Shown here in pieces: positions 13,500 to 27,642 of a DNA stretch of 64,000 nt. Numbering within the stretch: the first letter of the stretch is position 1; each line of letters starts with the position of its first letter. The stretch lies in contig OX597818.1 in NCBI GenBank assembly GCA_951406725.2, forward strand, positions 20,460,001 to 20,524,000, read 5' to 3'. Source of the DNA: Octopus vulgaris. Taxonomy: Eukaryota. Made by a program: the position numbers and the translations under genes. The notes beneath the pieces were generated by a model. That model saw only the letters and a list, made by a program, of their open reading frames with translations, was not told the origin of the DNA and made no database searches.

Positions 13500-14053
13500 C
13501 GAAGCAGCATTGAATATGCTCGCGTAAAGTCATATTCAACACATTTCAGTGCATTGGACACGAGAAGAACCTTCCGCTGTGGAGTTCCGAGAGAAAATTA
13601 TTCTCTTAGACGTGTATGAAAACATAGGATGGGCTGTGAATGACGTCACGGGATCTTAAGACGCATGTCCTTCTGTGTTGTTTTCATTTCGTCACCTGCA
13701 AAATCAAAATCCGCCACTCACAGCCCGCTAAGAATGAAATTGAAGTTATATTGAACGCATTGGAATGCACTCGGACGTGAAAAAACCTGCTGCTACTGAG
13801 CTAGTCCTTAAGAAAAAATTCTTCTGTCAGACGTGCAAAAGCACAAGATAGGCTTTGAATTACATCATTTTGATCGTAGGATGTATGCATTTTGGTATCG
13901 TTTTACTCCGTCAGTTACGGACACCTATTCTGCAACTCACAGCCTGATAAATACGGAAATATCCTTATGAAAATGAAATACGGTTTTCTATGCTGATGTG
14001 TGTAAAGCTTGGCCAAGTAAGAAATATTGTCTAACGAAGCAACGTTGAATGAA
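13500..14053. repeat. Old unclassified interspersed repeat (two diverged tandem units), related to 38205-38745
   Basis: Shared AACGAAGCAACGT(T/A)GAATGAA and GTATGAAAACA...GGCTGTGAATGACGTCA-like blocks. Confidence 0.45.
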
Positions 14054-14320
14054 AAACATGGGATAAATAAAACTTGAGATGCAGGTTACAAAACAGTTCT
14101 CCTTAAATATATATGTGTGTATATAGGGAGTGAATGTGTGTAGGTGTGGGAGTGTGTGTGTGGGTGGGGGGTATTTGTGATCAACCTTAATCTAGCGGAT
14201 CTATAATCAGAAATATACAATCCGTGGTCCAACTGTCTTTCTTGTCGCATCAAGGATTATGATGCAGAATGTTTTTGTTTCTTTTATAGGGCGGGGGGAA
14301 GAAAATACGTGGCAGATATA

Positions 14321-14709
14321 CCGTAAATTCTCGAGTATAATCCGCAATTTTTTCCCAAAACTTAAAGGTCAAAATCCCTTGTGCGTACTATATACGAGAT
14401 TAAAAATGAAAAATATTTTCTAAACAATGTCCGAGTCTCATTTTGTGATGTCGGGCGTGAAAATACCTTAAGCTAAGCCTGAAAGCAATGAAGTCATAAA
14501 AAATCATCCATAACTTGCATTAAGCAATTTTTATTAAAATAATAGTATTCAGAACATAGAATAACATATAACAAAAACAATTTGTAAACATATTTACATT
14601 CCCATATAACAGTTGAAAACATCACCATTATTGTATTACGCATGCGCGGAAGTGTTTGTTCGACTAGGTATTGCTGGCTTAAGGGCGGACTATACTCGAA
14701 GATTTACTG
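14321..14709. mobile_element. pogo/Tigger/Tc2-like MITE
   Basis: TIRs CCGTAAATTCTCGAGTATAATCCGC / GCGGACTATACTCGAAGATTTACTG with TA on both sides. Confidence 0.85.
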
Positions 14710-14770
14710 TAGCTGCGAATTTTAGCAAGTCTAGCAACCACGTAAATTTTCCCTAATATACTAGTGGTGT

Positions 14771-15255
14771 GTGTATGTCTGTCGTTTTGATTGGCTAGTT
14801 GCTCAGCATTATTTTGTGAGGCTGGTGCTTGTTGATTATTTTCGTGTTGTCACTTTGATATATATATAAAAGCCAGCTTGAAATATCGAAAAAACCCAGG
14901 CCCTTGGTGATGGCACTGGCTTTCAACTCGGGTCGCGAGAAAATGAATTAAATATAAATAAACTGTATGTATGTATGTATGTATGTATGTATGTATGTAT
15001 GTATGTATGTATGTATGTATGTATGTATGTATGTATGCATGTATGTATGTATGTTTAAATGAAGAGAGAGAGTAAAATAGATAGACGGATAGACAGATAT
15101 ACATACGTATATATATATACATCTAATTAGGTGTGTGTGTATATACATACTTCAATATATTATAAAATCCAGCTTAAAATATCGAAAAAGCAGGCCCTTG
15201 GTGAAAACAATTTTGAATGTTATCAAAGTGTGTGGGCACGACGCTAATATGAACA

Positions 15256-15288
<33 letters not shown>

Positions 15289-16160
15289 CAGTCGTAGAAG
15301 TAGTTGTTGTTGTTCTTTTTAGTGATGATGATGATCAAGAAGTCGGTTAGACTCAAGTTCAACTCTCATTTCAGCAGGCACGTAATCAAAGGCATTCCAC
15401 CATTGGCCATCCCGTCTTTTTTAAAGACATCCCTTGTTAAAGATGTTTGGCCTGTGATTTCAGGGGAGACTTAGTTGCCATTTGTCGTAGGAAGAGGAAC
15501 CGCACAGAGACGCCCCTCACTCATTGTAGCCTTTGACGTTATGGACATGTTTGTGAATGTGTGTGTATGTATTGATATATGTATTTGCATGTGTGTGTGT
15601 ATTGTATGTATGTATGTATGTATGTATGTATGTATGTATGTATGTATGTATGTATGTATGTATGTATGTATGAATCTAAACGTTTGACTAGATCTAAGCG
15701 AATGCATGTGAATTTCCTGCCTGTGTTTGTTGATATAATGTTAAATGAATGAGCATGCGTAACTACCGAGGTATGTACGTGTATGTGCGTCTATCTGTGA
15801 TTGTATATATACGCATACCATACTTTGGAGTGGTAACTCTGTGTGTGTGTGTGTTCTTTTTGGAGTGTATACACGTACAGGTGTGCTTGTGAGGTAATGT
15901 ATGTGTCTCTCTAAGTGTCTGCGTGTTTGTACGAAGCATTTAATGGTGGACAGGATGTACGAGAAAGTTAGGAAGAAAATTTTCATTGGCCACAGTGAAA
16001 CGAGGTCAGAGGGTCAGAGTGCGATTGCTTTGGCGAAGGGCTTTTACCATCCCTCTCTCTCTCTCACACACACACTCTCACTCCTCTCTCTCTCTCTCTC
16101 TCTCTCGGTTACTTTCTCCCTCTTCCTCTCCCCTCACAGATACATACATACAAGCGTGCT

Positions 16161-16221
<61 letters not shown>

Positions 16222-16266
16222 TGCATACACAAACGTACATACATACAAATGAGTGTGTGTATACAT

Positions 16267-16297
<31 letters not shown>

Positions 16298-16349
16298 AAT
16301 ATATATATACGCATTTGTGTGTGTATATATATATATGTGTGTGTGTGTA

Positions 16350-16403
<54 letters not shown>

Positions 16404-16426
16404 TATGCTGCGGTGGATAAAAGAGG

Positions 16427-16485
<59 letters not shown>

Positions 16486-16880
16486 GAGATCCCCATGAAA
16501 AAAAACGTCTTGTGTGTATATGTGTGCATGTATATATATATGTCTATACATGTGTATCGCTGTCTGGGTTGTTTGTAGGTTTGTGACGTGACAAGGGAGA
16601 AAATTGACAACAAAGTATAAAGACATAATTTCAATTTGGGCAAGAGAAAAGAAATGACTTCTAAGTGATATGTCCACAATCATATACGCACGCACGCACA
16701 CACACACACACACACATACGCAACACATTTATGTACTACGTACACACGCATGTGTTTGCGTACATCTCTGTCTGAGTTTGTGTGTGTTTTTGTGTGTCTG
16801 TATGTGTGTGCCTGTGTATGTATATGTATGTATGCATATATGTCTTAGTGCATGTGTATTTGTAACTATATACTCGCACA

Positions 16881-16915
<35 letters not shown>

Positions 16916-17307
16916 GTATATACACACACACCTAATTAGATGTATATATATATATACGTATGTATATCTGTCTATCCGTCTATCTATTTTACTCTCTCTT
17001 CATTTAAACATACATACATACATACATACATACATACATACATACATGCATATATACATACATACATACATACATACATACATACATACATACATACATA
17101 CATACATACATACAGTTTATTTATATTTAATTCATTTTCTCGTGACCCGAGTTGAAAGCCAGTGCCATCACCAAGGGCCTGGGTTTTTTCGATATTTCAA
17201 GCTGGCTTTTATATATATATCAAAGTGACAACACGAAAATAATCAACAAGCACCAGCCTCACAAAATAATGCTGAGCAACTAGCCAATCAAAACGGTAGA
17301 CATACAC
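14771..17307. repeat. Near-identical inverted duplication of about 380 bp (14771-15149 vs 16913-17307) around a 1.76 kb spacer
   Basis: For example CACTTTGATATATATATAAAAGCCAGCTTGAAATATCG and its reverse complement at about 17190-17227. Confidence 0.9.
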
Positions 17308-17435
17308 GGAAGAACGCGTCCGGTTAAATGTATATAGAATAGATGTGTAAAAGAATAAAAACCACTCACCTGAGTGACCGCGCGAAAATAGAATTCAATT
17401 ATGTATGTATGTATGTATATATGTATGTATATATG

Positions 17436-17492
<57 letters not shown>

Positions 17493-17540
17493 CTTATGGT
17501 TATCCACCTAGTGGTTTCCCTAAATATACATATGTATTGA

Positions 17541-17757
17541 AATTCACTCAGCTGTAGAAATGAGTTGCGACGTCACTGGTGCCAAGCTGTATCGACCTTT
17601 GCCTTTCCCTTGGATAACACTGGTGGCGTGGAGAGGGGAGGCTGGTATGCATGGGCGACTGCTGGTCTTCTATAAACAACCTCGCCCGGACTTGTGTCTA
17701 GGAGGGTAACTTTCTAGGTGCAATCCCATGGTCTGTGTCGTGGCCGAAGGGGTCTCC
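17541..17757 (+). mobile_element. 3' part of a third SINE family (Meta-domain-like)
   Basis: TTCACTCAGCTGTAGAAATGAGTTGCGACGTCACTGGTGCCAAGCTG, shared with 43225-43520 and 43875-44045. Confidence 0.75.
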
Positions 17758-17878
17758 GATATATATATATATATATATGGTATAAATAAGATACAGAAAA
17801 TGTGATAGTTTATGCTTTATGCAGCTTATAGGCGTTTTAGCAAATTAACAGCCAAGATTAAGTAACTGCTTGTTAAAA

Positions 17879-17918
<40 letters not shown>

Positions 17919-18082
17919 TGAATGTATAAAGGTATGAGCTACAAGTAGTTTCTAGCTGTGAAGGCACGTATCTAGTCAGGTTTTTATAACACGCCTTGTG
18001 TCTCCAAGCATTCATCAGGCTCATACATACTTACACACACATACACACACACATTCACATACATGTATATGTATGAAAGTAT

Positions 18083-18134
<52 letters not shown>

Positions 18135-18636
18135 ATGAATACAGACATGACCAAGTGGTTAAGAAAGTTTGGTTCTCATTACTGACGGCCCGAGTCCGCT
18201 CCGGCACCTAACTGATTTCATAGTTTCTCTGAACCAAATGTTATGAAACTGGTTCGGAAATCTACCGGATGGAATATACCCGTAGTTCAAATGTCCCGCC
18301 TTATCACATATTGCGCAATGCTCATTCTACTTGAATATTACGTTAAGGGTACGAGTATTTGCGGAATTCTCAGCCACTTACGCAATAATGTAAAGAATAG
18401 TTAGCTTAGTTGATTGGATAGCTGATGTACTCATAATCGAAACGGACATAGATGCTTATTCTTATGTTCACATAGAACACTCGAGTTATCGATGAATGAC
18501 AAACGAATAATGATCAATTATTTTGTTAGAACTAATATTTCTGTCTGTTTGTCTCTCTCACACGCGCATTCCTTTTGTTTTTTCTTTCTTCTTTTCGTTT
18601 TTTTTTTATTCTACTATTCTTTCATTCGCTTTCTTC

Positions 18637-18716
<80 letters not shown>

Positions 18717-18816
18717 CAGTATTCTACTTTTTCATTCATTCATTCACTCACTTTTTATTTATTTATTTATTTAATTAATTATTAATTAATTAATTTATTT
18801 ATTTATTTATTTATTT

Positions 18817-19589
18817 CTAGCTGTCATTTGAAGACAATTCCCAAATCTGTTTGGAGAGTTTGCTGCTGCCTAGTAACAAATGACGATTGGTGGTTAGTGC
18901 TTGATGCTCGTTTCTGAGGTTATCTGAAGGTGATGGAGTTGTAATAACGTTGTTGTTGTTGTTAGCGGTGTTGTTGTTGTTGTTGTTGTTGTGGTGGTGG
19001 TGGTGGTGGTGGTGGTGGTAGTGGTGATGGTGGTGGTAACGGTTGCGTTTTGTTGTAGAGGTAATGCTGTTGTTGGCGATGTTGCTAATATTGCCAGTTG
19101 TTTTAGTTGTTCTATTAGTAATTGTGGTGATAGAGGATACTGGTGATTGCAATTTGCGCTAGAACCAAGGAATCATACCCACGAAGACACATACAGAACA
19201 TGTCTGTGTATAATTTAGAAGGTCAACCTTCATCCCCTAGACTTGCCCACATCTCATTACGTTTAAGTTATTTTTATATATCGATAAATTATCGCTCTGA
19301 TATTTGCATTATTTATAATTTATTGAGTTCTTTGCCAAACTCTTACATAAAGAAATGTTCTCCTAATATTTTCGAAATATTTGTTGTCACCGAAAATATC
19401 ATAACCCGTTTCTAAGTTTGTTAATGTTTGAGTCTGCTGGTTGAGGACTTTGAAGTAGAGTTTATACAGAGAGTTAGTATTTGAGTCTCATTGAATAGTT
19501 GTCTGGTCTCAGAAGATTCCAGCTTTTCATCACAACCATCGGAGCGCGAAGTGCTCTTCACGAACGCAGGTTACTGAGATGGCTGGGAT
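18817..19589 (-). other. Candidate exon region with a His/Asn/Thr-rich open frame at 18817-19158
   Basis: Acceptor-like ...AAAACTGTTTACAG before 19589 and TTCCTTGGTTCTAG before about 19158. The ORF is low complexity and has no ATG. Confidence 0.25.
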
Positions 19590-19879
19590 CTGTAAACAGT
19601 TTTGGGTGGGAACCGGAAAAAGAAGTATGAACACACATTGCGCATGTGCTCACTGAATTCGTAAAACGGAAGGGAAGAATAAAAAGACAATGTGAATGTC
19701 AAAATAAAACGGAAGAGAAGAATAAAAGCGCAATGCCAAACAAGTTATATGGTGGTCTGCATGCCACATCTGACACGATATCACTTGCTGAAAATGTATC
19801 TGTAGCAATACTGGTATTTATAAAGCTAATACCGTTCTCATACTGGCCACTCTATCACCCGATGACGATGACGAAGACG

Positions 19880-19942
<63 letters not shown>

Positions 19943-20881
19943 CGCGCGTGCGTGTGTGTGTGTGCGTGCGTGTATGATTTTACGTACACATTTTCGCTAG
20001 AAACATCAAAAGATAAAACAAGTATGGTTATAATATATGTAACTTAAATTCTTTTCCACGTGTCAGTCATTGGTAATTAAGCTATTCTGATACATTTATA
20101 TATAATCCCTCTAAATTTTGAAATCTCTTCCATCATGCAAAACTTTTACAGGAAACTATATTCTCGTTATATCTGCGAAATATTTATTCCAACCACTAAT
20201 ATCCTTGTAGTTCCCTTCAGATTTCACAATGAATGTTGCTCTGAAGCTTGGACATTCTCAAGTGCATAGACGTTATACGTAGAGACACTATATCCGTATT
20301 ACGACATTATTCCCATGATCCCTTGCTGCCTACAACAAACAGCCGCAACAACACGCCATACCGTCTTCTTATTCACAAAATGGCGCCGAGAAAGTCTCGA
20401 AATATGAATGGACTTAAAGAATGTTATTATTTAAAACTAAATATGAAAAAGATTTAATTAGAACACAGTCATGCCTTGAATGTTATATATTTGGAAGAAA
20501 AAGCTGTTCTGCAGATATATAAACAAATATATTTAGAAAATAAATATTGAATAGCTGAATAGAGTGGACAAGAAATGCAGTGATTGTACTTATACATGTA
20601 CAAGTGTGTAGTTCTTTTATTTTCCGCATTTTGCACCTGCTGTGTATTGACCCTACTTTTTGGTCTAACTTGTGATATAATTATTACTGAAAGGGATATA
20701 GAGTTCAAAGAAATATAAAGCAACAGTAAGCGTGAATACGAAAGAGCAAGACAGAGGTACAGTCGTACAAATGAATATTCGTGCCTGAATTATCATAAAG
20801 TAACTTGTGTGTAGAAAATGTGTTATACAAGTTGTATTTGAAATATGGTTCCTCTTAGACCCAAAAAAAGGGAAAGAAAAT

Positions 20882-21100
20882 AGCGGCTGTGTGGTAAAGC
20901 GTTTGCTTCCCAACCACATGGTTTCGGGTTCGGTCTACTGCGTGGCACCTTGGGCAAGTGTCTTCTACTGTAGCCTCGGTCTAACGAAAGCCTTGTGAGT
21001 GGATTTGGTAGACGGAAACTGAAAGAAGTCCGTCGTATAAATATAAACACTGCGGATTTCCTAACGTAGATCCAGGGAAAATTATATCGTGTGTGTGTGT

Positions 21101-21166
<66 letters not shown>

Positions 21167-21381
21167 GTGTATGTGTATCTTTGTGTCTGTGTTTGTCCCC
21201 CACCCCACCCCACCGCTTGACAATAAGTGTTTACGTCCCCGTAGCTTAGCAGCTCGGGCATAACAGACTAATAGAATAACTACTAAGCTGAAAGAAAAAT
21301 GTCCTAGGTGGTCTATTTGTTCGACTAAAGCCCTTTAAGGCGGTGCCCCGGCATGGTCGCAGTCAAAATGACAGAAATTAG
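20882..21381 (+). mobile_element. tRNA-derived SINE (CORE-like family) with internal (TG)n
   Basis: GGCTGTGTGGTAAAG...GGGTTCGGTC...GGCACCTTGGGCAAGTGTCTTCTACT...GACGGAAACTGAAAGAAG. Confidence 0.85.
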
Positions 21382-21418
21382 TTTATTGCTGAGGGTATTC
21401 AAATCAAATAGATTAGTA

Positions 21419-21790
21419 AACAAGAGCACTCAGAGAGCATAAACCTCCGCCACAGAAACGCCAACGTCCTCTCAACGATTAGCCGGAGATGATTTTTAAA
21501 ATGAGAATATCTGAAATTAACTCGACTGTTCTCACAAACGAGAATACTAAAAATGAACCCGATCTCTCTCAAAAACTAAGTAAAAAAAAAAAATACAATA
21601 AAACAGAAAAATAATCCAGAATCCTTGTACCGGATCGATCCCAAAATCTAATCAGTTCGTGCCAGTTACGAGGCTAAACATCCCTGAAGTTTCATCCGAA
21701 TCCATCCAGCGGTTCTTGAGATATCTTGTCCATGGACAAACAAACAAACACGACTGAAAACAATACCTCCGTAATCTTGCAATTGCTGAT
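21419..21790 (-). mobile_element. Helentron-associated non-autonomous element (HINE/DINE-1-like)
   Basis: Sub-terminal CCTCCG at both ends, (GTTT)n near the 5' end, and 3' hairpin GCTCTCTGAGTGCTCTTGTT on the minus strand. Confidence 0.6.
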
Positions 21791-22895
21791 AGACGCGACA
21801 GTTGATAGACTTTAGCAGCAGTTTATATTTAAACGTGACTATAGTTATCATATTATTTTCAATATCTTCAATAGTTGAGATGAAATGAAGTAGTACGTCA
21901 ACGTTACAAGTCAACTAATCTTTACGACAATAATGCTTTATTTTTGTTTTGTTTGTTTTTGTTTTCAAATATGTCAGTCCAAGACGACAATGTCCGGTCT
22001 ATTATATTTGCAGCCTTACTGACATTTTAACAAGGAATATTCGCCAGTAATCTTTGTGTCTAGATATACATTATGTTGAAGTCTAATCCAACTAGGATAT
22101 CTTGAAAGGAAGGAGCGCACACTCGCTCCCCCTCCCACTCTCTCTCTCTCTCTCTCTCTCACACTTTCTCCTTCTTTCTCTCGCACTTTCTCTCTCTCTC
22201 TGTCTCCGTCTCTCTCTGTCTCTGTCTCTGTCTGCTCACACAGATAATGTAGGATGATACCAAGCTTTTATTAATTATTTTAGCTGCCCATCGAATAATG
22301 TGCAGACACCCTTTCGGCCTTCTTACACAGCTCCCAGATGAACATCCAAGATATGACAAGAGAGAGGGGGAGGGGGAGAGAGGGAGAGAGAGAGAGAGAT
22401 AAGAGCTACACCAGCATTAGACTAGCGCATTACTTATCAATTCCGAAGGTGTGAAAGTCAAAGTTGACACCGGTGGGATTTGAACTCAGAGCAGAGTCAT
22501 CTTGAACAAATATCAAAGTTTGCATTATAATACCAAATATACATCTTATCAGATCAGAAAAGCAAACTGGAATACTCAGAATAACATATGAGTAACCACA
22601 GAATGACACATCAACCATCTTTTCTCATTTTCCGTCAGACCTAAAGTGACCGTACACCACATTCCTTTACCCCGCCCTCGAGAATTATCGAGAGGTGTTT
22701 GAATATGAATATGTCGGATTCATCTCACGTTTTAGGGCTATGTTTTATTTTCCTTGTTCTGCTAGGTTTCCAGCAACTTTTCTCACTAGGTAAACCCAGT
22801 GGACATGCCGAATTAGTCGCTGACGATCGGGACACGTAATAAGTTGTACTAAATTACATGTTATCTGGAGCATTATGAACGACCTTGTATAACAT

Positions 22896-22934
<39 letters not shown>

Positions 22935-22947
22935 GAGACTCGCACTT

Positions 22948-23097
22948 ATATACGACGGGTTTCAGTTTCCCTCCACCAAATTCGCTTACAAGGCATTAGT
23001 CGACCTGAGTCTAATGTAGAAGACACTTGCTCAAGCTGCAGTGGGACTGAAACCGGAACCATATTGTTGGGAAAAAAACTTCCTACCATACAACTAC
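22948..23097 (-). mobile_element. CORE-like SINE 5' fragment
   Basis: Reverse match to the head of the 20882 copy. Confidence 0.7.
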
Positions 23098-23318
23098 GAA
23101 TTATCCTTAAATACCATTTTTTGCTGGCGTCGACCTACAAAAGTTGAAATTGAACCTCAGTTGTGGTGACCCAACCGATGCATGAGTATCAATCAATACA
23201 TTCACAAGCACTGGTCTTCCTTGTTTGGCTCAAATAAATAAGCATGCAAATATTCTTATGTATATATGGATGCGTGTGTGTGTCTGTGTGTCTGTGTCTG
23301 TGTATATGTATCTATCTA

Positions 23319-23359
<41 letters not shown>

Positions 23360-23400
23360 TTATACATATGTAAACTCACATACATACATGCGTACATATT

Positions 23401-24226
23401 CGAGGTTTGATCAATAAGTATCCGGACTGTTGCCATAGTAACGAAGCTAAAGCGCTCAGAGTAAACCCTTCCCAGCTTACAGCAGTGCTTGAAAGTAACG
23501 TGTGATCGTCGCATTGACCGTGACAGAAAAAAAACTTGTCATAGCGATACCTGCTCAGAGGCCTATGCAAAGTTGCAGAAAGTGTATGGAGAGGAATGCA
23601 TGAGCCACAAACAAGTGTATGAGTGGTTCAGATGTTTCCAAGATGGCCGAAAAAATGTCGATAGTGACGAAAGTTCTGGGTGACACGCAGTCAGCATAAC
23701 TGAGCAAAATATCGCAGATGTACGTGCAGTTGTGAGGGATAATCGTTGAATCACCATCTGTGAGTTATCAGAGGATGTGAAGATTAGTTACAGTTCAGTG
23801 CAGTCCATTATCATTGAAGATTTGAGTATGAGATGCGTGTCTGCCAAGTTTGTGCCAAAACTGCTTTCAACTGATCAAAATGACACTCGGCTTTCAGTTG
23901 CATAATATCTCTTTGATTGTGTCGAGAGTGATAACAACTTTTTGAAAACTTTGCGTAGCCCTCTGAACAGGTAGCGCCAAGCTTTTTGTAAAATTTGATG
24001 CAGATTCTCTACTCAACTTTCTCCGTCATGGTCAATGCGACGATCACATATCACACACGTTACTTCCAAGCACTGCTGCTGTATACAGCGGAAGTGAGAT
24101 AGAGCGTAAAAACTTAGTGCGCATACGCAGCAGAGAACAATGTCAATCTGTGCCAAGCGGCTTTACTCTGCGTGCTTTAGCTTCGTTACTATGGCAACAG
24201 TCCGGATACTTATTGATCAGACCAAG
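23401..24226 (+). mobile_element. Mariner deletion derivative with long inverted ends (irritans-like CGAGG terminus)
   Basis: Inverted ends TGATCAATAAGTATCCGGACTGTTGCCATAGTAACGAAGCTAAAGC. Internal HTH relic KVYGEECMSHKQVYEWF...AKFVPKLL. No DDD domain. Confidence 0.9.
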
Positions 24227-25042
24227 TATACATATATATACATGCATACATACACACAAATACAAATACATACACCAAAAAAAAAAGACATTTATGAATC
24301 ATAAATGAGGAATTGGTAATTCCACTACCCAAAAATAAGACTTTCTACTTGATACTCATTACCCTTGGAGAAACAAGGTACATAGCAATTCCCGTGTATC
24401 AAATTATTGCTGAATTGAATTCTTATGGAAAGGGTATAAAACACAAATTCCTACATCAATATCTAAATAAGCTACCCAATGGGTATTTGCGTTTTTACAG
24501 TTTTTAATGAATGAATGATGTGATTTGAGGGAGATAAGACTACTATGGCTACCAGGTAAATCGATTACGCAGAGGTTCCTTCTTTGGCTCATGATATGAA
24601 GGTGATATGGCTGCTGATAATGGCAGATTAGTAGTTTATGCGTAACTCGTGTTAAGTTTCCATACCTAATAATTTTCTAAGCCTCATTTGTTCCTCTCTC
24701 GAATTTCATACATTTCTACAAGGTCCTGATGTCACATCTTGTATTTAGACTTATCGCACTGTAATTTTCCTAAGTGTTGTCTGGATGATTAGACAGGAAA
24801 TGTGCGATAATTCTCCAATGATTTCCAGCTATGTACTTGCCATATCTTTTGAGATGTTTTCAATATTTTTCCTTATCTCATTTTCATTTTATGCTTGGTT
24901 GGAGTTTAATGGACTTTTGGGAAGTTCTCATACACACTTACACACTCACACACTCACACAGAAATCCAACCGGAATTAAACAGCAATGTGTGTAGCCGAT
25001 TTTTTTTCTTAAGAGCTGGATTAATCAACCACCTAAACTTAC

Positions 25043-25277
25043 ATTAACCGTGGAGAAATTAAGCAGTTCGCAAGCTGGTTCTGCTTCAGCGTCCCCTGTG
25101 ACACATATGTAATGACTCGCTGAATTTGAAAGTGAGAAATCACAACTCAGCCAGTGACTCCAGGAGAAAAACAGCCAAGTGTTGCATTTGTAAATGTGCT
25201 TGCAGAACGGAAGCAGGACAGTCAGGTCACCAGCGTGAACATGGTCGAGTAAGGTCCAACGAAATTATAGCACTCTT
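25043..25277 (-). other. Candidate non-coding exon (235 bp)
   Basis: Strong acceptor TTTCTTCTTTTCAG and donor AAT/GTAAGT, with stops in all three frames. Confidence 0.5.
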
Positions 25278-25320
25278 CTGAAAAGAAGAAACTATTGGCA
25301 CATATATATTTAGAATTATC

Positions 25321-25377
<57 letters not shown>

Positions 25378-25677
25378 AATGAAAGACGGAAGATGGAATA
25401 TACGAGAATTTATTAATCACAACAATTGTTTCGTTTCGACACATTTAGTATCGATCCCACATCGGTGGGGCACTCAACAACTGGTTCAAAAGCGTCTGGC
25501 GGTGCAGATGTATCTCGTTGGCTGATAAATAGATGCAACTCGTTAAAATAACAGTTCTGCAATATAACTTCTCGTTTTGTAGAAAGAAAAGCAGCCAGGC
25601 GGAGGAAATATCTTCATTTATATTAGAAGATCAAAAATATAATCACAGATGGAAATAAGAGAGAAACGAACACGCAA

Positions 25678-26068
25678 CTGTTTCGGTCGACTGCTGCCAT
25701 GCTGGAGAACCGCCTTGATGAGCTTTAGTCAAGCAAATCGAGTCCAGAACATTTTTTTAATAAGGCCTAGTATTTATTCTATCGGTTTCTTTTGCCGAAC
25801 CACTAAACTACGGGGACGTAAACACACCAACAACGGTAGTCAAGTAGTGATGGCGGTACAAACGCAGACACAAAGACACACACAAACACATACATACACA
25901 CACATACGACCGTCTTCTTTTAGTTTCCGTCTACCAAGTCCACGCACAGGGCTTTGGTCAGCTCGAGGTTATAGTAGAGGATACTTGCTCAAAGTCTCAT
26001 GCAGTGGGACTGAACCCGGAATCATGTAGTTGGGAAAAAAAGCTTCTTATCACGCAGCTACCCCTGCA
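25678..26068 (-). mobile_element. CORE-like SINE
   Basis: Reverse match to 20882-21381. Confidence 0.8.
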
Positions 26069-26432
26069 TCTATATATATGGTCCGAAGATAGAAAAAAAT
26101 ACGATGTTAAAACAACTAATAGAAATTTTTTCACGACGAGATATTATATAAAACTATTATAAACTAAATACAAATGTTAATGTAGTGAATTTGTGCAATG
26201 TGTATTTTACGATGACTCGACCACTTGCAATTATTGTTCTAGTTTAACTTGCTTCAGTCATTGCACTGTGGTCATGCTTGGACACTAGCTTGAAAGGATT
26301 AGTAGACTAAATACAAATGGACGTGCTCGTTTTTTTAAAAATCTGGTACCTATTCTTTCGATCGTGTTGCCAAAACTGCTAAGTTATGAAGACGTTAACA
26401 AATCAGCACTGGTCATGGAGTGAGTGGTGACA

Positions 26433-26479
<47 letters not shown>

Positions 26480-26719
26480 TGTATGTATGTATGTATGTAT
26501 GTATGTACCACACACTGCCACAACTTACACCACCATACCACACAACACATCACATCACAACACACCACCACGCACACGTCAAGATCACCAGATCTACACG
26601 CACATACAAACTCTCTTATACACACACGCGCGCACCGTCGTTTTGAGATCACCACTACTTTATAATCTCCCCTTCTCCCTATCTCTCCTGTGTGACCCTT
26701 CTGTCCGGCATTCACCATG

Positions 26720-26901
26720 ATAGATCGCTAGCCACTACACATTCTTTATTTTCTCTCTTTGTTTCTTTCTGTGTTCCTTTCTGTGGAAGTGCGTAGGCTC
26801 GAAACGTTAAAGACTTTTTCACTTCCCGAATTTATAGTAATACATCTGTTTGTTGTCTACACCACCTGTCTTCGTCTTTCGTTTTTTTATGAATTCTCCC
26901 T
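26720..26901 (+). mobile_element. Short PLE-terminal-type repeat with hammerhead-like motif (copy 1 of 3)
   Basis: Similar to 31845-31995 and 52817-52997. Motif CTTT-CTGTGGA-A-GTGC(GTAG)GCTC-GAAA-CG-TT-AAAG at 26777-26812. Confidence 0.7.
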
Positions 26902-27642
26902 ATATGTGTGTGTGTGAGTGTGTATGTGTGTGTGTGTATAATGACTCAGTTTAAGGAAAACAGATAATATAATGAATATCCAATCTTTTATTAAACGGTC
27001 ATTTATGTTCTTTTTTTTTCGCCTACGTAACGTTTCCGCATCTTTAAGGGCATTATGATGCTACAATCCATTAAAAACTTCCTCGGGACATTTTGACCGC
27101 TAATTTGATTTCTTCAAAATGGAAAAAATTTCCAACCGAAAATTTTGTTTGTTTGTTTTTTTAATTTATTTGTTTATTCAGCCGCATGGTGCTATCGTTC
27201 TAAAAATAGCTCAAACTAACTTTTTAACCCTACAGATCAAATGAAGGAATCAACTGCCATACATGTAGGTCATATTACTATTCATCACTTTTGAATTCTT
27301 AAGATCAATTTACTGTAATTGATATTTGTAGCGTTGCCGTCCCTAGTTCATTTGATTTTACTATTCATAATACGCCCATGACCACTCCTATAGTTATTGT
27401 TCTTACCACTATTATTTATATCATTATTATTATTATTATTAATTATTAATATAAGTAGGTATTTCTCAATTACTGTTCATATAATCTAATTTAATTTTAC
27501 GGATATCCAATTAACTGGTTAGCAATATTTGCTCAATAATATTTATTATCAGGTATATTAAATTAACTTTAGTTCACATTTCTAACCAACCCTATACTCT
27601 AGTTTTATTTAATATTAATTATTATACACTTATTTGTACCTA

